Below, in pieces: positions 7,270 through 15,580 of a DNA stretch of 24,000 bases. The position numbers and the translations under genes are program-made. The notes under the pieces were generated by a model. It was not told the DNA's origin, did not search any database, and saw only the letters and a program-made list of their open reading frames with translations. This DNA comes from Actibacterium sp. MT2.3-13A (lineage in GTDB: Bacteria; Pseudomonadota; Alphaproteobacteria; Rhodobacterales; Rhodobacteraceae): positions 198,663 to 222,662 of the forward strand of contig NZ_JAGSOU010000003.1 in assembly GCF_018139985.1 (NCBI RefSeq). Direction: 5' to 3'. Each line of letters starts with the position of its first letter. Position 1 is the stretch's first letter.

Positions 7270-8343
7270 TCACTGGTCGTAATCGACGACGACCCTGTCG
7301 GTCACCGGGAAGGACTGGCAGGACAGGACATAGCCCTTCTCCACCTCGTAATCCTCCAGCGCGTGGTTGGCGACCATCTCCACCTCGCCCTCCAGCACCC
7401 GGCAGCGGCAGGTCGAACAGACCCCGGCCTTGCAGGCATAGGGCGCGTCCATCGCGTTCTGGAGCGCCGCGTCGAGGATGCTCATGTCCTTGGGCATGGT
7501 CACGCTCTGCGTGGCGCCATCCAGCGTGATCGAGGCCGTGGCCTGGTTGGCCGAGGATGCCGCGTCCCGCGACGCCGCCTTGCGCTTCAGCCGCCCCGGC
7601 TGGGCGCTGGCGAACAGTTCAAACTTGATCAGCGCGTCGTCCAGCCCGTGATCGCGCAGCGCCTTGGCGATGCCCAGCATCATCGGCTCGGGTCCGCAGA
7701 TGAAGGCGGTGTCCACGTTCCCGATGTCGATCCAGTGCCGGAACAGCTCGGCGCATTTCGCCTCGGTCACCAGCCCGGTGAAGAGGTCGATCTCCTGTGC
7801 GTCGGTTTCCAGCACATGGATCACGTTCAGCCGGCCCATATAGAGGTTCTTCAGATCCTCCAGTTCCTCGCGGAACATGATCGTGTTCACGCCCTTGTTG
7901 GCGTAGACGAGGGTGAAGTTCGACTTCGGCTCGCGTGCCAGCGTGGTCTTCAGGATCGACAGAACCGGCGTGATGCCCGAGCCGCCGGCGAAGCCCAGAT
8001 ACTGCTTCTCGGCCTGCGGGTTCAGCTCGGTGTGGAAGCTACCCATCGGCGGCATCGCCTCCAGCGTGTCGCCGACCTTCAGCTCCTCGTTGGCCCAGGT
8101 CGAAAAGGCGCCGCCCTCGACGCGCTTGATGCCCACCTGCAGGATGCCCTCGTCCTTGCCTGCGCAGATCGAGTAGCTGCGGCGCAGCTCCTCGCCGTCG
8201 AAATCGCGGCGGAAGGTCAGGTACTGGCCCTGGATGAAATCGAAATCCTGCGCCGCGCCATTGGCGGGCTTCAGGGTCACCACCACCGCGTCGCGGATGG
8301 TCTTGTGAACGTCGGTGACGGTCAGTTCGTGAAAGCGCGCCAT
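7270..8343 (-). CDS. paaE: Phenylacetyl-CoA epoxidase reductase subunit (FNR-like domain plus plant-type 2Fe-2S)
   Basis: 357 aa. FAD-binding RRSYSIC, an NAD(P)H-binding GGSGITP-type segment, and the C-terminal ferredoxin motif CKAGVCSTCRCRV...LSCQS. Confidence 0.92.
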   Translation of the reverse strand: MARFHELTVTDVHKTIRDAVVVTLKPANGAAQDFDFIQGQYLTFRRDFDGEELRRSYSICAGKDEGILQVGIKRVEGGAFSTWANEELKVGDTLEAMPPMGSFHTELNPQAEKQYLGFAGGSGITPVLSILKTTLAREPKSNFTLVYANKGVNTIMFREELEDLKNLYMGRLNVIHVLETDAQEIDLFTGLVTEAKCAELFRHWIDIGNVDTAFICGPEPMMLGIAKALRDHGLDDALIKFELFASAQPGRLKRKAASRDAASSANQATASITLDGATQSVTMPKDMSILDAALQNAMDAPYACKAGVCSTCRCRVLEGEVEMVANHALEDYEVEKGYVLSCQSFPVTDRVVVDYDQ

Positions 8344-8355
8344 CGGTTCCTCTCC

Positions 8356-8817
8356 TCAGATGCACTTGAAATAGTCGAAGGGTTCGAGACAGTCCTTGCA
8401 GCGCCATGCGGCCTTGCAGGGGGTCGAGCCGAACTGGCTGACCTTCTCGACATGTCCGCTCCCGCAGCGCGGGCAATGATCGGGGCCGCCGGCGGGCCGG
8501 GGCGGCGCGATGCCGTATGCCTCCAGCTTCCGCTTGCCCTCATCGCTCAGCCAGTCGGTGGTCCAGGCAGGCGAGAGCTGGCGTTTCAGCGCCAGCTTCT
8601 CGATGCCTTTTTCGCGCAGCGCGGTCTCGATATCGAGATTGATGATCGAGGTCGCCGGGCAGCCCGAATAGGTCGGCGTGACGGTCACGACCAGCGTGTC
8701 GCCCTGCCATTCGACATCGCGGATGATGCCCAGGTCGGTCAGCGAGATCACGGGGATCTCGGGGTCCGGGACGGCCGACAGCCAGTCCCAGACCTGTTCG
8801 GTGCTCGGATGTTGCAT
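8356..8817 (-). CDS. paaD: Phenylacetyl-CoA epoxidase subunit PaaD
   Basis: PaaD-like core DPEIPVISLTDLGIIRDV...TPTYSGCPA plus a C-terminal Cys-rich ribbon CPRCGSGHVEKVSQFGSTPCKAAWRCKDCLEPFDYFKCI. I chose the ATG at 8817 (MQHPSTEQVWDW), 5 nt after the paaC stop. The track ORF begins at 8859, which would overlap paaC by 37 nt and add an Arg-rich, unconvincing N-terminus. Confidence 0.85.
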   Translation of the reverse strand: MQHPSTEQVWDWLSAVPDPEIPVISLTDLGIIRDVEWQGDTLVVTVTPTYSGCPATSIINLDIETALREKGIEKLALKRQLSPAWTTDWLSDEGKRKLEAYGIAPPRPAGGPDHCPRCGSGHVEKVSQFGSTPCKAAWRCKDCLEPFDYFKCI

Positions 8818-8822
8818 CGCTC

Positions 8823-9587
8823 TTACCAGCTTGCGCCGGGATAGGCGCGTTGCAGCCACTGCATCTGGGTCAGCAGATGGCCCAGGTGCTCGGTATGCAT
8901 GGTGCCGGTCTTGCCGCCCTTGTGGGCGAAGGGGCTGTCGGGGATCGCCAGCGTGGCATCGCCCAGAACGCGGCCCACCAGCGCGTCGTAATCCGCGCGC
9001 AAGGACGCCGGGTCGGACGCCACGCCCGCGGCCGCCATCTCGGCATCCACGGCGTCGCCGGTGAACATTTCGCCCACATAGGGCCAGAGATACTCCAGCG
9101 CCGCCTGCATGCGGGCGTGGCTTTCCTCGGTGCCGTCGCCCAGCCCCACCACCGTGCCGGCCGAGCGTTCGAGGTGATAGCTCACCTCCTTGCTGGCCTT
9201 CTCGGCGATCTCGGCGACGCGGGGGTCGCTCGATTTCATAAGCTTGCCCAGCAGGATCGAGTGGAAGGCGTCGAACAGGAATTGCCGCATCAGGGTCCGG
9301 CCGAAGTCGCCGTTGGGCATCTCGACCAGCAGCACGTTGCGGAAATCCCAGGCGTCGCGCAGGAAGGCGAGCTTGTCGGCGTCGCGTCCCTTGCCCTCGA
9401 CCTCACCGGCAAGCCCCAGCCACAGCTGCGTCTGCCCGATCAGGTCGAGCGCGGTGTTGGCCAGCGCGATGTCCTCTTCCAGAACCGGCGCGTGCCCGCA
9501 CCATTCCGAGACGCGGTGGCCGAGGATCAGCGTGTTGTCGCCCAGCCGCAGCAGGTATTCGAAAAGAGCCTCGTCGCGGGTCATCAC
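8823..9587 (-). CDS. paaC: Phenylacetyl-CoA epoxidase structural subunit PaaC
   Basis: About 254 aa. LRLGDNTLILGHRVSEWCGHAPVLEEDIALANTALDLIGQ matches the PaaC N-terminus as I recall it. The start is either GTG at 9587 (GTGA overlap with the paaB stop) or ATG at 9584 (TGATG overlap). Confidence 0.9.
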   Translation of the reverse strand: MMTRDEALFEYLLRLGDNTLILGHRVSEWCGHAPVLEEDIALANTALDLIGQTQLWLGLAGEVEGKGRDADKLAFLRDAWDFRNVLLVEMPNGDFGRTLMRQFLFDAFHSILLGKLMKSSDPRVAEIAEKASKEVSYHLERSAGTVVGLGDGTEESHARMQAALEYLWPYVGEMFTGDAVDAEMAAAGVASDPASLRADYDALVGRVLGDATLAIPDSPFAHKGGKTGTMHTEHLGHLLTQMQWLQRAYPGASW

Positions 9588-9868
9588 ATCGCCCCCACGT
9601 CTTCGGGAATGTCGAAGAAGGTCGGGTGGCGGTAGACCTTCGACTGCGACGGCTCGTAGAGCGGGCCCTTGTCGCTGGGCGAAGAGGCGGCGATATCGGC
9701 GGCCTTCACCACCCAGATGCTCACCCCCTCGTTGCGGCGGGTGTAGACGTCGCGCGCGTTCTTGATCGCCATCTCGGCGTCGGGGGCGTGCAGGCTGCCC
9801 ACATGACGGTGGCTAAGCCCGTGCTGTCCGCGGATGAAGACTTCCCACAGGGGCCATTCGTTCTTCAT
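9584..9868 (-). CDS. paaB: Phenylacetyl-CoA epoxidase subunit PaaB
   Basis: 94 aa. MKNEWPLWEVFIRGQHGLSHRHVGSLHAPD...VYTRRNEGVSIWVV is typical PaaB. SD AAGGAGG upstream. Confidence 0.93.
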   Translation of the reverse strand: MKNEWPLWEVFIRGQHGLSHRHVGSLHAPDAEMAIKNARDVYTRRNEGVSIWVVKAADIAASSPSDKGPLYEPSQSKVYRHPTFFDIPEDVGAM

Positions 9869-9889
9869 GTCTCGTCCTCCTTGAGAAAC

Positions 9890-10879
9890 TTACTCGGCCG
9901 CGACCCGGGCGGCGCGCTTGCGCGCGTGCGCCAGCAGGCCGTCGCGCACCCATTTGCCTTCGTCCCAGGCCTTGTTGCGGGCGGCCATGCGGTCCGTGTT
10001 GCAGGGGCCGTTGCCCTTGATCACGTCGAAGAACTCCGTCCAGTCGGGCTGGGTGAAGTCGTAATGCCCGGTCTCCTCGTTCCACTTGAGGTTCTCGTCC
10101 GGGACGCTCAGCCCGAGGTATTCGGCCTGCGGCACCGTCTGGTCGACGAATTTCTGCCGCAGCTCGTCATTGGTGTTGATCTTGATCTTCCATGCCATCG
10201 ACTGGGCGGAATGGATGGAGTCCTTGTCCGAGGGGCCGAACATCATCAGCGAGGGATACCAGAAGCGGTTCAGCGCATCCTGCGCCATGCGCTTCTGCTC
10301 CGGCGTGCCCTGTGCCATCTTCATCATGATGTCGTAGCCCTGCCTCTGGTGGAAGCTCTCTTCCTTGCAGATGCGGATCATGGCGCGGGAATAGGGCCCG
10401 AAGGAGGTGCGCTGCAGCGGCACCTGGTTCATGATCGCGGCGCCGTCGACCAGCCAGCCCACCGCGCCGATATCCGCCCAGGTAAGGGTCGGGTAGTTGA
10501 AGATCGACGAATACTTCATCTTGCCCGACAGCAGATCCTCGGTCAGCTCGTCGCGCGAGACGCCCAGCGTCTCGGCCGCGCAATAGAGGTAGAGGCCGTG
10601 GCCCGCCTCGTCCTGCACCTTGGCCAGCAGGATCGCCTTGCGCTCCAGCGTCGGCGCCCGGGTGATCCAGTTGCCCTCGGGCAGCTGGCCGACGATCTCG
10701 GAATGCGCGTGCTGGCCGATCTGGCGGATCAGCGTGGCGCGGTAGTCGTCGGGCATCCAGTCCTTGGGCTCGATCTTTTCGCCCGCGTCGATGCGGTCCT
10801 GGAACCTGCGCTCCTCCTCGGTCATCTCCTCGCGGGATTTCACGCCGGTGGAGGCGGTCTTGATCATCTGTGCATACAT
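9890..10879 (-). CDS. paaA: Phenylacetyl-CoA 1,2-epoxidase catalytic (diiron) subunit PaaA
   Basis: 329 aa, near-identical over long runs to E. coli PaaA as I remember it: [75 protein letters not shown] lies 8 nt upstream, immediately after the paaJ stop. Confidence 0.95.
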   Translation of the reverse strand: MYAQMIKTASTGVKSREEMTEEERRFQDRIDAGEKIEPKDWMPDDYRATLIRQIGQHAHSEIVGQLPEGNWITRAPTLERKAILLAKVQDEAGHGLYLYCAAETLGVSRDELTEDLLSGKMKYSSIFNYPTLTWADIGAVGWLVDGAAIMNQVPLQRTSFGPYSRAMIRICKEESFHQRQGYDIMMKMAQGTPEQKRMAQDALNRFWYPSLMMFGPSDKDSIHSAQSMAWKIKINTNDELRQKFVDQTVPQAEYLGLSVPDENLKWNEETGHYDFTQPDWTEFFDVIKGNGPCNTDRMAARNKAWDEGKWVRDGLLAHARKRAARVAAE

Positions 10880-10894
10880 CTCAGGGTCCTCCCG

Positions 10895-12097
10895 TCAGAT
10901 CCGTTCGAGGATAATCGCCGCGCCCTGGCCCACGCCCACGCACATGGTGCACAGCGCATAGCGCCCGCCGCTGCGCTTCAGCTGGTAGGCCGCGGTCAGC
11001 ACCAGCCGCGCGCCCGACATGCCCAGCGGGTGGCCCATGGCGATGGCGCCGCCATTGGGGTTCACATGCGCCGCGTCGTCGGGCAGCCCCAGCTCGCGCA
11101 GGGTGGCCAGGCCCTGGGACGCGAAGGCCTCGTTCAATTCTATCACATCCATCTGGTCCAGCGTGAGCCCCGCGCGCGCCAGCACCTTGCGGGTGGCGGG
11201 GACCGGGCCGATGCCCATGACGCGCGGTGGAACGCCGGCCGCGGCCATCGCCACGACGCGCGCCATCGGGGTCAGCCCGTTCCTTGCCGCCGCTGCCTCA
11301 CTCGCCAGCAGCAGCGCCGCCGCGCCGTCGTTCACGCCCGAGGCATTGCCCGCGGTCACGGACAGATCCGGCCCGTTCACGCCCTTGAGCCTGGCCAGCT
11401 GCTCCAGCGTGGTTCCGGGGCGGGGGTGCTCGTCGGTGTCGACGATGACGGGGTCGCCCTTGCGCTGGGGCACGGCGACGGGGACGATCTCTTCGCGGAA
11501 GATCCCGGCGGCCTGCGCGGCAGCCCAGCGGTCCTGGCTGCGCAGCGCGAAGGCGTCCTGATCCGCGCGCGAGATGTTATAGTCCTCGGCCACGTTGTCG
11601 GCGGTTTGCGGCATCGAATCCGTGCCATACATCGCGTCCATCTTAGGGTTGACGAAGCGCCAGCCGATTGTGGTGTCGTAGACCGCGTTCGCGCGGGTGA
11701 AGGCGCTCGTCGCCTTGGGCATGACGAAGGGCGCGCGGCTCATGCTCTCCACGCCGCCGGCGATGGCGAGGTCGTAGTCGCCCGCCCGGATGCCGCGCGC
11801 GGCCATGCCCACCGCGTCCATGCCGGAGGCGCAGAGCCGGTTGATGGTGGTGCCTGGCACCTCGACCGGGAGGCCGGCCAGCAGGGCGGCCATGCGGGCC
11901 ACGTTGCGGTTGCTTTCGCCCGCCTGGTTGGCGTCGCCCAGGATCACGTCATCGACGCTGGCCCAGTCCACCCCGGCGTTGCGTGCCTTCAGCGCGGCGA
12001 TCGGGGCGGCGGCCAGGTCGTCTGTGCGGACCGAAGACAGCGCCCCGCCATAGCGCCCGATGGGTGTACGGATTGCGTCGCAGATGAATGCGTCCAT
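10895..12097 (-). CDS. paaJ: 3-oxoadipyl-CoA / 3-oxo-5,6-dehydrosuberyl-CoA thiolase
   Basis: 400 aa thiolase. Active-site region [11 protein letters not shown], then [20 protein letters not shown] and [17 protein letters not shown] upstream. It is the first gene of the minus-strand paa unit. Confidence 0.92.
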   Translation of the reverse strand: MDAFICDAIRTPIGRYGGALSSVRTDDLAAAPIAALKARNAGVDWASVDDVILGDANQAGESNRNVARMAALLAGLPVEVPGTTINRLCASGMDAVGMAARGIRAGDYDLAIAGGVESMSRAPFVMPKATSAFTRANAVYDTTIGWRFVNPKMDAMYGTDSMPQTADNVAEDYNISRADQDAFALRSQDRWAAAQAAGIFREEIVPVAVPQRKGDPVIVDTDEHPRPGTTLEQLARLKGVNGPDLSVTAGNASGVNDGAAALLLASEAAAARNGLTPMARVVAMAAAGVPPRVMGIGPVPATRKVLARAGLTLDQMDVIELNEAFASQGLATLRELGLPDDAAHVNPNGGAIAMGHPLGMSGARLVLTAAYQLKRSGGRYALCTMCVGVGQGAAIILERI

Positions 12098-12128
12098 GCG
12101 GCGGACCCTCCCTGAACTCTCAATAATA

Positions 12129-12150
12129 ATCGACCGTGTGGTCGGTATAA
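12129..12150. promoter_or_regulatory. Putative PaaR (TetR) operator, copy 2, in the paaJ / iorA-like divergent region
   Basis: ATCGACCGTGTGGTCGGTATAA has the core ACCG-N6-CGGT and the dyad CGACC-GTGT-GGTCG. It matches copy 1 (3149..3170) at 15 of 22 positions. It lies 32-53 nt upstream of the paaJ ATG, in the locally AT-rich stretch 12110-12220. Confidence 0.5.
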
Positions 12151-12320
12151 GTGCCCCAGGGGCGATTCGGCAATCTTTAAGTTACAAAATGATCGCAGAT
12201 TGGAAAAATCTGTAACAATGCATCCGGCGCGTGCCGCGGCGTCATTGTTCTCGCCCCCGCCACATCCCGCCCGCGGATGCTATAGTGCCTGCGAACGACC
12301 CGCAGGCAGGGAGGCGGCGG

Positions 12321-12779
12321 ATGCAACTGACGGTGAACGGCGTGGCGCATGAACTGGATGTCGAGGCAGACATGCCGCTGCTGTGGGTGCTGCGCGACGA
12401 GCTGGGGATCACCGGGCCGAAATATGGCTGCGGCATTGCCCAATGCGGGGCCTGCACCGTGCATGTCGATGGTCAGGCCGTGCGCGCCTGCCAGGTGGCG
12501 GCCGGCGATGTCTGGGGCGAGATCACCACGATCGAGGGGCTGGGCACGCCGCGGTCGCTGCACACGGTGCAGGCGGCATGGATCGCGCATCAGGTGGCGC
12601 AATGCGGCTATTGCCAGTCCGGCCAGATCATGCAGGCCGCGGCCCTGCTGGCCGAAAATCCCGATCCGACCGACGCCGAGATCGACGAGGCGCTGTCCGG
12701 CAATCTCTGCCGCTGCGGCACCTATCCGCGCATCCGCGCCGCGGTGAAAACCGCCGCCGCCATGTTGCGGGAGGGCTGA
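12321..12779 (+). CDS. (2Fe-2S)-binding small subunit of an aldehyde oxidase/xanthine dehydrogenase-family molybdoenzyme (IorA-like)
   Basis: [51 protein letters not shown]..., then [10 protein letters not shown] and [10 protein letters not shown] chose the ATG at 12321 with SD GGGAGG (12309-12314). The track start at 12231 is a GTG that adds an implausible 30-aa leader. Confidence 0.88.
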   Translation: MQLTVNGVAHELDVEADMPLLWVLRDELGITGPKYGCGIAQCGACTVHVDGQAVRACQVAAGDVWGEITTIEGLGTPRSLHTVQAAWIAHQVAQCGYCQSGQIMQAAALLAENPDPTDAEIDEALSGNLCRCGTYPRIRAAVKTAAAMLREG

Positions 12780-12782
12780 ACC

Positions 12783-15026
12783 ATGAGCCGCATCGGACGC
12801 CCGGCCCGCCGCAGCTTCCTGATCGGTTCCGCCGCTGTCGCCGGCGGCGTGGCCTTCGGCTACTACCGCTACCGGCAGCCGCTGCCCAACCCGCTGCTGG
12901 AGGGTCTGGCCGAGGGCGAGGCGGCGCTGACGCCCTTCGTCAGGATCGACGCGCAGGGCGTGACCCTGATCACCCCGCGCGCCGACATGGGGCAGGGGGC
13001 CAGCTCCATTCAGGCCTACCTGCTGGCCGAGGGGCTGGACCTGGACCCACTGACCGTGCGCCTCGACCCCGGCGACCCAAGCCCTGCCTATTACAACGGC
13101 GCCGTGCTGGCCGAGGGGCTGCCCTTCGCGGCCACCGACACCGGCTGGCTGGCCGAAACGGCCCGGGCCGCCGCCGATGTTCCGGCGCGGCTGATGGGGA
13201 TGCAGATCACCGGCGGCTCCTCCACCGTGCCGGATATGTTCGACCGGCTGCGCCACGCCGGCGCCGTGGCCCGCGAGACGCTGAAGGAAGCCGCGGCGCA
13301 GCAGACCGGCATCGCGCGCGACCGGCTCGGCACAGATGACGGCGCGGTGATCCTGCCCGACGGTCAGAGACTGCCCTACGGCGCGCTCGCGGCCCGCGCG
13401 GCCACGCTGGAGCCCGTCACGGATGCGATCCCGCGCCCCGCAAGCGCCTGGCGCTATCTCGGGAAACGGGTGCAGCGCACCGATATCGTGGCGAAGTCCA
13501 CCGGGACCGAGACCTATGGCATCGACCTCGCGCTCGACGGCATGCTCTACGCCTCGGTCCGGACCAATCCCGGGTTGGGCGGCGCGGTCAACGGTTACGA
13601 CGCCAGCGCGGCCGAGGCGATGCGCGGGGTGCTGAAGGTCGTGCCGGTCACCGGCGGCGTGGGCGTGATCGCCGACAACACCTGGCGCGCCTTCAGGGCC
13701 GTCAACGCCATCGCGATCGACTGGGGCGCGCCGGGCTATCCGGCCAGTTCTGACCAGATCTGGCCGGCGCTCCGGGCCGCCATGACTGCCGGAAACCGCG
13801 ACAGCCGGTTCCGGGACGAGGGCGACGTGGAAAACGCGCTGTTCGAGGGCGAGGCGATCGCGGCCGAGTACCGCGTGCCCTATCTCGCCCATGCACCGCT
13901 GGAGCCGATGAACGCCACCGTCCGCGTCACCGACAGCCGCGCCGATATCTGGACCGGCACGCAGATCCCGCGCTTCGTGCAGACGCACGCGGCCCGGCTG
14001 ACCGGCCTTGATGAGGCAGCCGTGCATGTCCATGCCCTGCCCATGGGCGGCAGCTTCGGCCGGCGGCTGGAGGATGACTATGTCCTGCAGGCGGTGGAAC
14101 TGGCGATGGCGGTGAAGGGCCGGCCGGTGAAGATGACCTGGACCCGCGAAGAGGACATGACCCACGATTTCCCCCGTCCCGCGCAGATCGCCCGCGGTCG
14201 TGGCACGGTGCGCGAGGGCAGGGTCGAGGCGCTGGACCTCTCGGTCGTCGGCCAGTCGGTGAGCGCCTCGTGGCTGGGGCGGGTGATGGTGGCCCCGCCG
14301 GGTCCCGACACGACGATCGTGGCCGGCGCCTGGGATCAGCCCTTCGCCATCCCGCATTACCGCGTCACAGGCTACCGCGCGCCGGAAATGGTGCCGGTCA
14401 GCTCATGGCGCTCGGTTGGGGCCTCTGCCAACGGCTTCTTCCACGACTGTTTCCTCGATGAGCTGATCCATGCCGCCGGCGCCGACCCGCTGGAGGAGCG
14501 TCTGCGGCTGTGCGCCGACCCGCTGTCGCGCAAGGTGCTGGAGGCGGCGGCCGAGATGTCGGGCTGGAGCGGACCGCGGATCAGTGAGACCCGCGCGCGC
14601 GGTGTGGCCTTCTGCCTGTCCTTCGGCGTGCCGATGGCGGAGGTGGTGGAGATCAGCCGGACCGAGGCCGGCATCAGGATCGACAAGGTCTACGCCGCCT
14701 GCGAGATCGGCCGCGTCCTCGACCCCGACAATTTCGAGGCGCAGGTCGCGGGCGGGATCCTCTTCGGCCTCGGCCACGCGATGAATTGCGAGCTGAGCTA
14801 TGCGGATCACGCCCCCGAGCAGGCGAATTTCGACAGCTATCCGGGGATGCGCCTGTCGCAGGCGCCGCAGATCGAGGTGCGCGGGCTGGAAAACGGCGAC
14901 CGCATCCGCGGCATCGGCGAGCCGGGCGTGCCGCCCGCGGCGCCGGCGCTGGCCAACGCGATCTTCGCGCTCACCGGGCAGCGCATCCGCGAATTGCCGC
15001 TGAACCGGCATGTGACCTTCGCCTGA
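12783..15026 (+). CDS. Molybdopterin-binding large subunit (IorB-like) with a twin-arginine signal peptide
   Basis: 747 aa. The N-terminus MSRIGRPARRSFLIGSAAVAGGVAFG is a Tat-type RRxFL motif plus a hydrophobic region. The body has the look of the xanthine dehydrogenase/aldehyde oxidase molybdopterin-binding family (GGSFGRR, EPGVPPAAPALANAIF). It starts 3 nt after the small-subunit stop. Confidence 0.9.
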   Translation: MSRIGRPARRSFLIGSAAVAGGVAFGYYRYRQPLPNPLLEGLAEGEAALTPFVRIDAQGVTLITPRADMGQGASSIQAYLLAEGLDLDPLTVRLDPGDPSPAYYNGAVLAEGLPFAATDTGWLAETARAAADVPARLMGMQITGGSSTVPDMFDRLRHAGAVARETLKEAAAQQTGIARDRLGTDDGAVILPDGQRLPYGALAARAATLEPVTDAIPRPASAWRYLGKRVQRTDIVAKSTGTETYGIDLALDGMLYASVRTNPGLGGAVNGYDASAAEAMRGVLKVVPVTGGVGVIADNTWRAFRAVNAIAIDWGAPGYPASSDQIWPALRAAMTAGNRDSRFRDEGDVENALFEGEAIAAEYRVPYLAHAPLEPMNATVRVTDSRADIWTGTQIPRFVQTHAARLTGLDEAAVHVHALPMGGSFGRRLEDDYVLQAVELAMAVKGRPVKMTWTREEDMTHDFPRPAQIARGRGTVREGRVEALDLSVVGQSVSASWLGRVMVAPPGPDTTIVAGAWDQPFAIPHYRVTGYRAPEMVPVSSWRSVGASANGFFHDCFLDELIHAAGADPLEERLRLCADPLSRKVLEAAAEMSGWSGPRISETRARGVAFCLSFGVPMAEVVEISRTEAGIRIDKVYAACEIGRVLDPDNFEAQVAGGILFGLGHAMNCELSYADHAPEQANFDSYPGMRLSQAPQIEVRGLENGDRIRGIGEPGVPPAAPALANAIFALTGQRIRELPLNRHVTFA

Positions 15027-15044
15027 GCGACACATATCTGTCGC
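15027..15044 (+). terminator. Weak stem-loop immediately after the IorB-like stop
   Basis: GCGACA-CATATC-TGTCGC, a 6-bp stem with no clear T-tract. Confidence 0.25.
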
Positions 15045-15075
15045 CCGGTTCCGTCCTGTCTGACTGGAGAGAAAT

Positions 15076-15150
15076 TGGAGCGGGCGATGAGATTCGAACT
15101 CACGACCCTTACCTTGGCAAGGTAATGCTCTACCCCTGAGCTACGCCCGC
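15076..15150 (-). tRNA. tRNA-Gly (anticodon GCC), CCA encoded
   Basis: The reverse complement is GCGGGCGTAGCTCAGGGGTAGAGCATTACCTTGCCAAGGTAAGGGTCGTGAGTTCGAATCTCATCGCCCGCTCCA. It folds as a 75-nt cloverleaf: 7-bp acceptor stem, D arm GCTC/GAGC, anticodon arm TTACC-TTGCCAA-GGTAA, and T arm GTGAG-TTCGAAT-CTCAT. Confidence 0.93.
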
Positions 15151-15167
15151 TCACTGACGTGGGGCGG

Positions 15168-15196
15168 GATTTACGACGTCCGCTAGAGCTGTGCAA
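15168..15196 (-). promoter_or_regulatory. Putative sigma70-type promoter of tRNA-Gly
   Basis: On the minus strand: TTGCAC (rc of 15191-15196), a 17-nt spacer, then TAAATC (rc of 15168-15173), ending 17 nt before the mature tRNA 5' end. Confidence 0.35.
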
Positions 15197-15580
15197 GCAG
15201 AAAATTCTGGCGGATCCCATGTCCCAGATTTTTCCGTGTTTCCGCGCCCTTCCCGGCGCTGACATGGATTTTCCAGTCCCCGGTCGCCGGACGTCCAGAG
15301 GCCCGGGAAGAGCCCTGGAGCACCGTTGCCGGAACGCCCGAGGTGTCGCCGATATCGGCCGCAAGGCCGGGATCGTCCCGGCGACCTGTTTCGACTGCGA
15401 CCGGAAGAGGACATATCCCGGCCTCCCGCCTGGTGACGCGGCGCCGCGCGCCTGCAAGGGCTGCCGCGGACCCGGCGCGTGGCCGGGAGATGCCCGGGGG
15501 GCGCGATCAGGGAATGCGCAGGGGCCTGCCCGGAAATGCGCCCCGCGCCGTGTTCTTCGGATCCGCCTCCCCGCGTCGGG

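Noticed and set aside
15076-15150. tRNA-Gly as the boundary of an integrated genomic island.
   Set aside because: I saw no integrase or recombinase gene on either side, no repeat of the tRNA 3' half elsewhere in the window (by-eye search only), and no compositional break. The flanking genes look like ordinary metabolic and transport genes.
14837-15457. 206-aa minus-strand ORF, and the 145-aa ORF at 15151..15588.
   Set aside because: The first reads straight through the tRNA-Gly gene. Both have implausible composition and no SD. They are treated as non-coding, but see the finding on 15151..15580.
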